Assembly (NCBI RefSeq): GCF_964355755.1 | Contig: NC_092672.1 | Location: 23,635,237-23,699,236, forward strand | Origin: Antedon mediterranea | Lineage: Eukaryota > Animalia > Echinodermata | DNA: 64,000 nucleotides | Reading direction: 5' to 3' | Shown here: positions 29,201 through 41,200 of the stretch, one piece after another | How positions within the stretch are numbered: the first letter of the stretch is position 1 | Layout: every line of letters starts with the position of its first letter | The notes under the pieces: generated by a model | Seen by the model: only the letters and a program-made list of their open reading frames with translations | Told to the model about the DNA's origin: nothing | Database searches by the model: none | Translations under genes and position numbers: made by a program

Positions 29201-32200
29201 ATTTATTGTAATACTTTCTATTATTTTGTATATATATTTCTTTTATTGCAAAATCAATCTGCAAATGTTGCATGGCTCTTATCAGACTAGGTACATTGCA
29301 TCTATTTTTATCTCGTATTTCAAACTCATTGTCAACAGTTCTTCAACAAAATTGGCTTCATTGTCTGTAGTGTTACAGTATATTGAATATTGAATATTTT
29401 GATTTAATTATATAATTTTTGATATGAATTGATTTTTTGTAAAATATCATAATATTAAGTACGATCTAGTTTCCTTAATAAACCTTGTAGTTGAATGTCT
29501 CATAAAGATCCCATTATTCTTATAATTTTGTTATCAATATTTTGTTCTAACCATCAATTCATTTGTAATATTTAAAAAAAGCAAATTTTAATTTTTAGTT
29601 TAATTTAGTGATTGAAGCATGAAAGTATAAAATATTGCTGTATGTGAATACAGTGTAATTCAAATGCTTTTGGTTAATATTTTAACTAATTTCATATAAT
29701 TCAAATCATTTTCTTTGCATCTTTTATTCACCACTGATGTAATAATGTTATGTTATTAATGCAACTCTTAATAGGTCAAGGGTCAAATAATAAATATATA
29801 TTGCTATTGTATACTATTTATTTTCACAATGTGGCTAGAGCAAACTAACTTTTAACAATGTTATTGCTGCCATATTTTACTTTAACATATCTATATTGAT
29901 GTTCTTTTAATATATTAGAAAGTAAGTTGCAGATTTAATTATAAACTCCTTGGTTCTCTTTAAGTAAAAAAATTGTTAAATACTGGATGCCCATATTGTT
30001 GTTTGAGTAGTGGTTTCCTTGATTACTTTTTTCCATTCAAAATATTCAGTATGGTTTGTGAACATTATTGTCTTTTTTTTCTAGGATGGTGACACATCCC
30101 TGCATTTCTGTGCTATGAGTGATCTTACTTACGATGAGCACAGAAACACTATGGTGTGTTTGATAAAGGCTCATGGTAGAGGTATTATTTCAAATAAAAA
30201 TAAGGTAAATTGTTTGAGTTAAAACAATTAGAATAATAACAATACTTTTATTAAATAAAAATTAAATGATATTCATTGTTCATAGAGTACTCTTTTTGTA
30301 AATGTTGGACCTGTTTATTCCATAACATATTTTCATGGTATTTGTAAACCTCCATAGGCCAATTTATACTTTCCTCCTACCCTGTAAGTTATGACATATA
30401 ATATTAATAATTAGATTAAATCAGATATATTAATTCCAGGTTATGATCAAAGGTATTACCTTAATGATTAAATACGTGATAGTGTCTGCTTTTGCAATGA
30501 TTATAATTAATTTTTTTAGAATGAAGTGTTCTTGATAAATGTTGTATAGCTGTACCAAAAATACTTTGTTTCCATCTCAATATTGTTGTTCATAGTGCTA
30601 AACTGACCATCTAATTTGAATGCATTGAACTTTATACATTCACTTTTATTTATTTGCTTTTACATATTTATTATTTTATTAAATATGTCTAATTTGAATG
30701 AAATACAAATAATAATATTAATTCTACCGTATATCAATCATTGTTTTATTTACATTTTTAGTTTATGAAAAGTAGAAACTTGAGGATTGTCACAGTCATG
30801 CCTATTGTTTTTATGATGAATTTTGTAATCACTAATTTTATACTTGGATTCTTACATTTTATATCTTTGATTGTCAGAATGGCAAATCTGTTATTGATTT
30901 GTACATTACAAATGTATGTGGAAAATATGAAGATGTCGAATCCCAAAAGGAAGAAGTAATGAAATTGTTGAAAGGTTTGAAAGTTTAAATACAGTACAAA
31001 ACAAGTTTGTTCCACAAAATGCTTTGATAAGTAATCTTGAAAGCAGTGATTACCCATCCCAAATTGAAATAATAATAATGCCTATATCAAACAAATAGAA
31101 TTTATTACAGTTATAATAATAAGAATAATTTCTTTTATGTATTTATATATACATCGTTGATTTTACAGAGAGTAAAATAGATCAATTAATTTCAAAGAAC
31201 ACCATCTAAAAAAGAAACCCATCCAATTGCTGATTACCTAGATTGTTTTACTCATTTATTACATTAAACAATACTATTGATGAATTTGGTTAAAAACAGT
31301 GTTTTTTTTTATATTAGTATAAAATTAACAAAACAGCATTCTTAATCTGTTTCTTGTAGCCTTCTTTGTTATTCTTATTTGTATTGTATTGTATTCTAAT
31401 CTATAGCATATTATAATAAAAAACACAAAATTAAAATACAAAAATACAATTCTCTGATTGTTTATTGAAGGAATTAATATAAAGCATTGCCTGCCTAAAA
31501 GTTACTTTGCAAAATAAAATGTTTAAAATGTTGCTCCTTATCTTATTTCCAATATGGTATGTCTTTTTTATTGTGAAAGAGCTTCATAAACTTTATATCA
31601 TACATTCTACTTTCTTTTAGGTGAACCTTTACCAGAAATATATTTCACATCGTCAGGTATGAATATTTACCCATGCCATGTCATACTTTGTGACATGATT
31701 TAACTGAAACTTTAGTGTGTAATAAAAAATGTAGAATTATTTACATTTTTTACGCAAAAATTGTTGCTTTAAACTACATTGTCATTATTCAGTCTACAAT
31801 CCTTTATAAGGAATGTTTCAGCACAGCATTGCAATTTAACCCAGGACCCCAGGATTCAAAGGCAAACATGTTACTTGGGAAGCTGGGATGATTTAAAATT
31901 GCTATAATATATTATCTGTTGAACATTATTAGAATATCTTTTTTTTTTTTTTTGTAGATATAACAACTAAAGATATTTTACATGTAGCTACCAACATGTC
32001 CAATCAGTTTGAAGAACTAGCAGAATATCTTGGATTCAAGCAGGAAGATATAGATTCCTTCCAGGTCAATTCAAATCACAAAGCAGAGTCAATGTATAAG
32101 ATGCTGAACACCTGGTACAAGACAGTACAAGTTACTGAGTCCAGGCGTTCACAACTTTGTGAAGCTGTCAGGAAAGCAGGCCGACATGATTTGGCTGATG

Positions 32201-35200
32201 AAGTTGAAAGTAAGTGAGACATTCCAGGTTAGGTTACTTCCCTCAAACCTTCAAACTGACTATTTCATAACTTTAAGGGGAAGATTTGTTAAGAGACAGC
32301 TGCAGTAAAAGTTTTTAAAAATCCAACAACACAATATTATCCTTGATTTTAAAATTAAACATATACAAATTAAGCTAACTAACAATATGAGAACAAATTA
32401 AACAAATGAATATAGTATACCATATAAGTCCATTTCTCCTGTCTCATGAAGGAAGGGGATTATCAACAATGGATTAACATATATACATTATTTTCATTTT
32501 AGAACTAATGAGCCTATTTTAATTTTGCAAAAATACTGAATACACAATATGTATACAACATTTTTTTTATTAATTTCAGATCTAGCTTTAATGTATTAGT
32601 TGTATGTTATTGTTTAAATAATAAAATGTAGAACTGTATGTGCTTAATAAACTGTATAACTAATACTTATTTTATTTCTGAGTAGAAATAGACATCCCTT
32701 ATGCCATATCTGCTCGTGGTAAAGAAGTTGAAAAAGCTTACATTGAAGCATTGAAAGAAGGTCAAGTTGAAGTGAATCTTGGAATGGTTAAAGTGATTGG
32801 TCAGGAAGGTGTGGGCAAAACTTGCCTGATCAATGCTTGTCTTGGAAAGAAGTAAGTATAAGTTAAGCTTAGAAATAATGATAATAGTAGTTATAGTATT
32901 GTAACATTTTATCTGCCTGGATGAGGTATTTTCAAGTTTGAGCTAATTGGTATCTGGTAATAGTCTGGTATCTTTGGAGGATCAGGACTGCCTACCATCG
33001 GGTTTCTCCCTTGAAATCTTACCATATCTATCCACCAATCAGCAGTCTCACAGCAGGACTGTTCCATAAATAAAGTGGTGTCAAAGTCTTAAGGCCCATT
33101 TAAACTACAACAATAACGATCGACAATAAATAGATAAGCATGAATGTCTCTTACAAAAACAAAAGAAATTAGAGAAGTTTTTCTAAAACTAGTGGATTTA
33201 TGCTGTTTTTGTTAAAAATAATATTTGTTAAAATCCAATCAAATGACGTCATGCATAATAAAACCAAAAAATCATTGTATTGTCACAATATTATTGCTCT
33301 TACTAATTATGACGTCATTTTTAATCATTGTATTGTCACAGTATTATTGCTCTTACTAATCATGACGTGATTTTTTTGGACGTGTGAAAGGAAGCAAAGA
33401 TGGTTATCCTTTAGTTTTGCATTTTATATATATTTTGTTTTATGTATGACAAATGCATATTTATCTATCATTGATCGTTATCATCCTAGTATAAATGGGC
33501 TTTTACATAGCGGTACCAAATTTACTACAGCATAAACTTCAGAAAAACTTCAGTGTATCTAATAATAAATGTTTTAATATATACAATGCTTTTACCTTAT
33601 ATCTACTTTTTAAAATGTTTTCGGTTCTAATTAATAGCTTGACCACATTTTTCATAATATTAGAAAAGCTATATCGATTCAAATTAATTTAATTAAATTT
33701 CAGTATATCCCTGGACGGTTTAGAATTAATGTTCTTTGCCTGATGTGTTTATATATATATATATTATATATACTTTATGTATTTGATTGTTTAACATGTT
33801 CTTTATCTGAAATATTCAAACAAACATACCAACAAGCAAATTAAAATTTTGATAATTTTATTTAAAATGTATTGATATTATTCAATTTAAAATGTTAAAC
33901 AACTTGATCTAAATTCATACTTGGATGTTCAATAATGTTTTTATTATATTTCAGATTTAACAAAGAGCATTTAATAACAGATGGTATTGCTGTGATTAAA
34001 ACAGTAGAAACAAAGGCTAAAGAACAAAACAACTGGACAGAGGATCTTACAGATGATAGTGGTAAAAATGAATAAAAAGTATCATCATCATTATCCTCAT
34101 CAAAGTAGACAAGCAAAATGAAGAGGGATAGATCATAAAGTCAGTCCATTTAAAGTGTGGCATTGTGTTTAATATTAGTGTTCATATACTGTAATTCACC
34201 AAGTTCAATTTTCAGGAATAAATCATATCATTTCCTTAATAAATCTCATTAATTTAATTAACAATGGCTCTAACAAACTTTTCCTAAAAAACTAAAATTA
34301 AATAAGCCACATTGTAACAAATCCATCACTTAAATATCTCCTTAATATTCAGTAAAATATAAATAGTTATTAGTGAGAAACTAAAAACTAAATGATAGCA
34401 CATATTGTTATTAAAGGCGGAACAATTTGTGTATTTTGGAATATAGAGGTTTATGAAACCATTATAATATAACATGAATTGTTTTTAGGTCACTTTTATT
34501 AACAAGGAATTTATAATGTGATACAAACACTTCTAAAAATTCTTTTTGATGATCAGTCTTTTCAAAATGTATAAAGTTTTTGTTAAATAAATGTTTTTGA
34601 GAAAATAAAGTTGAAAGAGTTTCACACCTTGGTATATGGTCAGCCCAAAAATAAGATTTTATTAATACTAATAGGCAATTACATAATATAAACTCTTATT
34701 CATTTTCAGGAAATCCAATTGAATTGTATAGAAGACTTGCTGAAGAAAATATCAGTAAAACAATAGAAGATAATAAAGAAGGTGTAGCAACAGCAAGTAA
34801 GCCTCACAGCTCAACTGAAAAGGTATGTACACACTATAACAAAAGGTATGTACACACTATAACAAAAGGTATGTACACACTATAACAAAAGGTATGTACA
34901 CACTAAAACAAAAGGTATGTACACACTATAACAAAAGGTGTGTACACACTATAACAAAAGGTGTGTTCACACTATAACAAAAGGTGTGTATACACTATAA
35001 CAAAAGGTATGTACACACTAAAACAAAAGGTATGTACACACTAAAACAAAAGGTATGTACACACTATAACAAAAGGTGTGTACACACTATAACAAAAGGT
35101 ATGTACACACTATAACAAAAGGTGTGTACACACTATAACAAAAGGTATGTACACACTATAACAAAAGGTATGTACACACTATAACAAAAGGTATGTACAC

Positions 35201-38200
35201 ACTATAACAAAAGGTATGTACACACTATAACAAAAGGTGTGTACACACTATAACAAAAGGTGTGTACACACTATAACAAAAGGTATGTACACACTATAAC
35301 AAAAGGTATGTACACACTATAACAAAAGGTATGTACACACTATAAGAAAAGATATGTATACACTATAACAAAAGGTATGTACACACTATAACAAAAGGTA
35401 TGTACACACTATAACAAAAGGTATGTACACACTATAACAAAAGGTATGTACACACTATAACAAAAGGTATGTACACACTATAAGAAAAGGTATGTACACA
35501 CTATAACAAAAGGTATGTATACACTATAACAAAAGGTATGTACACACTATAACAAAAGGTATGTACACACTATAACAAAAGGTATGTACACACTATAAGA
35601 AAAGGTATGTATACACTATAACAAAAGGTATGTATACACTATAACAAAAGGTATGTACACACTATAACAAAAGGTATGTACACACTATAACAAAAGGTAT
35701 GTACACACTATAAGAAAAGGTATGTATACACTATAACAAAAGGTATGTACACACTATAACAAAAGGTATGTACACACTATAAGAAAAGGTATGTACACAC
35801 TATAACAAAAGGTGTGTACACACTATAACAAAAGGTATGTACACACTATAACAAAAGGTATGTACACACTATAACAAAAGGTATGTACACAATATAACAA
35901 AAGGTATGTACACACTATAACAAAAGGTGTGTACACACTATAACAAAAGGTATGTACACAATATAACAAAAGGTATGTACACACTATAACAAAAGGTATG
36001 TACACACTATAACAAAAGGTGTGTACACACTATAACAAAAGGTATGTACACACTATAACAAAAGGTGTGTACACACTATAACAAAAGGTATGTACACACT
36101 ATAACAAAAGGTATGTACACACTATAACAAAAGGTATGTACACACTATAGCAAAAGGTATGTACACACTATAACAAAAGGTATGTACACACTATAACAAA
36201 AGGTATGTACACACTATAACAAAAGGTATGTACACACTAAAACAAAAGGTATGTACACACTAAAACAAAAGGTGTGTACACACTATAACAAAAGGTGTGT
36301 ACACACTATAACAAAAGGTGTGTACACACTATAACAAAAGGTGTGTACACACTATAACAAAAGGTGTGTACACACTATAACAAAAGGTATGTACACACTA
36401 TAACAAAAGGTATGTACACACTATAACAAAAGGTATGTACACACTATAACAAAAGGTATGTACACACTATAACAAAAGGTATGTACACACTATAACAAAA
36501 GGTATGTACACACTATAACAAAAGGTATGTACACACTAAAACAAAAGGTATGTACACACTAAAACAAAAGGTGTGTACACACTAAAACAAAAGGTGTGTA
36601 CACACTATAACAAAAGGTGTGTACACACTATAACAAAAGGTGTGTACACACTATAACAAAAGGTGTGTACGCACTATAACAAAAGGTGTGTACGCACTAT
36701 AACAAAAGGTGTGTACACACTATAACGAAAGGTGTGTACAAACTATAACGAAAGGTGTGTACACACTATAACGAAAGGTGTGTACACACTATAACAAAAG
36801 GTGTGTACACACTATAACAAAAGGTGTGTACAAACTATAACAAAAGTTGTGTGCACACTATAACAAAAGGTATGTACACACTATAACAAAAGGTGTGTAC
36901 ACTCTATGACAAAAGGTATGTACACTCTATGACAAAAGGTATGTACACACTATAACAAAAGGTATGTACACACTACAACAAAAGGTGTGTACACACTACA
37001 ACAAAAGGTATGTACATACTACAACAATAGGTATGTACACACTATAACAAAAGGTATGTACACACTACAACAAAAGGTGTGTACACACTACAACAAAAGG
37101 TATGTACACACTAAGACAATAGGTATGTACACACTATGACAAAAGGTATGTACACACTATGACAATAGGTATGTACACACTATGACAAAAGGTATGTACA
37201 CACTATAACAAAAGGTATGTACACACTATAACAAAAGGTATGTACACACTATAACAAAAGGTATGTATACACTATAAGAAAAGGTATGTACACACTATAA
37301 CAAAAGGTATGTACACACTATAACAAAAGGTATGTACACACTATAACAAAAGGTATGTACACACTATAACAAAAGGTGTGTACACACTATAACAAAAGGT
37401 GTGTACACAATATCACAAAAGGTATGTACGCACTATAACAAAAGGTGTGTACGCACTATAACAAAAGGTGTGTACACACTATAACAAAAGGTATGTACAC
37501 ACTATAACAAAAGGTATGTACACACTATAACAAAAGGTATGTACACACTATAACAAAAGGTGTGTACACACTATAACAAAAGGTATGTACACACTACAAC
37601 AAAAGGTGTGTACACACTATAACAAAAGGTATGTACACACTATAACAAAAGGTATGTACACACTATAACAAAAGGTGTGTACACACTATAACAAAAGGTG
37701 TGTACACACTATAACAAAAGGTATGTACACAATATAACAAAAGGTATGTACACACTATAACAAAAGGTATGTACACACTATAACAAAAGGTGTGTACACA
37801 TTATGACAAAAGGTGTGTACACACTATAACAAAAGGTGTGTACACACTATAACAAAAGGTGTGTACACACTATAACAAAAGGTGTGTACACACTATAACA
37901 AAAGGTGTGTACACACTATAACAAAAGGTATGTACACACTATAACAAAAGGTATGTACACACTATAACAAAAGGTACGTACACACTATAACAAAAGGTAC
38001 GTACACACTATAACAAAAGGTACGTACACAATATAACAAATGGTACGTACACAATATAACAAATGGTACGTACACAATATAACAAAAGGTGCGTACACAC
38101 TATAACAAAAGGTGTGTACACACTATAACAATAGGTGTGTACACACTATAACAATAGGTATGTACACACTATAACAATAGGTGTGTACACACTATAACAA

Positions 38201-41200
38201 AGGTGTGTACACACTGTAACAAAAGGTGTGTACACACTATAACAAAAGGTGTGTACACACTATAAGAAAAGGTATGTACACACTATAAGAAAAGGTATGT
38301 ACACACTATAACAAAAGGTATGTACACACTATAACAAAAGGTATGTACACACTATAACAAAAGGTATGTACACACTATAACAAAAGGTGTGTACACACTA
38401 TAAGAAAAGGTGTGTACACATTATAAGAAAAGGTGTGTACACACTATAAGAAAAGGTGTGTACACACTATAAGAAAAGGTATGTACACACTATAACAAAA
38501 GGTATGTACACACTATAACAAAAGGTATGTACACACTATAACAAAAGGTATGTACACACTATAACAAAAGGTGTGTACACACTATAACAAAAGGTGTGTA
38601 CACACTATAACAAAAGGTGTGTACACACTATAAGAAAAGGTATGTACACACTATAACAAAAGGTATGTACACACTATAACAAAAGGTATGTACACACTAT
38701 AACAAAAGGTATGTACACACTATAACATAAGGTATGTACACACTATAACATAAGGTGTGTACACACTATAACATAAGGTGTGTACACACTATAACAAAAG
38801 GTGTGTACACACTATAACAAAAGGTGTGTACACACTATAACAAAAGGTGTGTACACACTATAACAATAGGTATGTACACACTATAACAAAGGTGTGTACA
38901 CAGTATAACAAAAGGTGTGTACACACTATAACAAAAGGTGTGTACACACTATAAGAAAAGGTATGTACACACTATAACAAAAGGTATGTACACACTATAA
39001 CAAAAGGTATGTACACACTATAACAAAAGGTACGTACACACTATAACAAAAGGTACGTACACAATATAACAAAAGGTACGTACACACTATAACAAAAGGT
39101 ACGTACACACTATAACAAAAGGTGCGTACACACTATAACAAAAGGTACGTACACACTATAACAAAAGGTACGTACACACTATAACAAAAGGTACGTACAC
39201 AATATAACAAAAGGTACGTACACAATATAACAAAAGGTACGTACACAATATAACAAAAGGTATATGTACACACTATAACAAAAGGTATATGTACACACTA
39301 TAACAAAAGGTATGTACACACTATAACAAAAGGTGTGTACACACTATAACAAAAGGTATGTACACACTATAACAAAAGGTATGTACACACTATAACAAAA
39401 GGTGTGTACACACTATAACAAAAGGTGTGTACACACTATAACAAAAGGTGTGTACACACTATAACAAAAGGTGTGTACACACTATAACAAAAGGTGTGTA
39501 CACACTATAACAAAAGGTATGTACACACTATAACAAAAGGTGTGTACACACTATAACAAAAGGTATGTACACACTATAAGAACATTCCCATACGAGGGGG
39601 CGAAGCGAGCTTCACTAGGCTGGGGGCCAGGAGGTGAAGCCCCCGGAATCAACATGTTTTAGCGTCATTTGAGGCCACTTTAATCAGATTTTGGGTAGTC
39701 GTATCACTTTTTTCCATTTTTTATAATGCATAAATAAAATACTGCTTGCAAAAAAACGATGCGCGATGACTGTTTAAATCCATATTTTTCAATTTAAAAA
39801 ATAAAAGTTCAAAATATGCCTACATTTATCGGGTAAATTGTAGCATAGAATATATACGCAAACGTAAAACGTACCCACAGACCAAGAGGTAGGCCTATAT
39901 TGTTTATTGCAGAGGCGTAGGCTGGTTGCTGTCTGGGGGTGCAAACATAGTAAATGGGTGCCTTGGGCTGATCTGTAAGTAAATTTTGAAAAATAGAGGT
40001 GCTAGGTCCCTGGAAGTTGCAATTATACATAACTAGATGGTACGCTCGCTTCGCTCGCGTACCATCTAGGTCGTGCCCACAGATGGTTCTCGAATACATA
40101 ATAATTTATTTCAAATGTACGTACAATAATACATGTCGTTTACAGGAACGAATAAATAGACAATGATTTATGTACTCAACTAAAATTAGGACCCTGAGAA
40201 TTACTTCCGAAAGAGAAACTTGTCACAAAATGAGACCAATTGTTTAAGTCAAATTTAAACAAACTTAATTTGTGTTTTGTATGTAACATTAGGGGTGAGG
40301 GATGGGGAAGAAGATGGGTGCAAAGAGGAACAATTTTTAAATATATTAAATATATTCTTTATCCATTTAATAACGAAATATTAATTGTTTTCATGTTTTA
40401 CAAATAATATACCACTAAACACAGTAAAACATTGCTATGTAATACTTTGTTGAAACTATCACCGTCCTAGTCGATTGAAATAGTACAGTACATGTAACGA
40501 TACATCACTACGACGTGTATGTATAATGTAAAACAATTTGTGAAAACCACCTTTATTCGAGGAAAATCATAATTTCGATTTAATCGTCAATAAACATTAA
40601 ATTATCTAACTCAACTTAATTAGTAGGCCTAATGGTTTTCAATTGTTTCTTAGAGCCAATTCATACTTAAGTTGGTTCTTACCCCCGTTCTTACCCTACC
40701 CACCAAAGTTGTTCTGCGTTTAGATGTGATGCACCGTAGGCCTATCCTGTACTGGGTTTTCAACGCTACTCATGCCAGTGAGGGAAGGGGTGATGATGTG
40801 GGTGGTTTAAATGCAATAATAAAGATGTTTTACATAATATACTGCGACTGAAAACGCTAGCTCATTATCCGTTTAAAAAAAATTATATCCAACCTCTGCA
40901 GCACAGATTGAAAAAAAAATGGATCAAATTTCTGTTATGAGGATACAGTACTTGCCTTTACGACGCCTGAGGGAATAGACACTTGTGGAACAGAGATTGG
41001 AATGTTCCATTCATCGCAAATCAATACATTTGTATAAACGTATATTAAATCTATCAAAATAGTATTTTTTAAAGAAAAGCGGATGTTGGCTAAGCGAAAA
41101 TGGCATGTTTTTTTGTTTAGTAATGTATGAAATATTTATTTTAGGTGCCCCACGGTACAGAGGGTTACTTGTAAATTTAAAAATTGGTGAACATATGAAA

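Noticed and set aside
35823-36005. Minus-strand 60-aa ORF
   Set aside because: It is only a translation of the minisatellite.
34818-39579. CRISPR-like array (23-bp period, palindromic core)
   Set aside because: Units are head-to-tail with no unique spacers, there are no cas genes, and the context is a eukaryotic intron.
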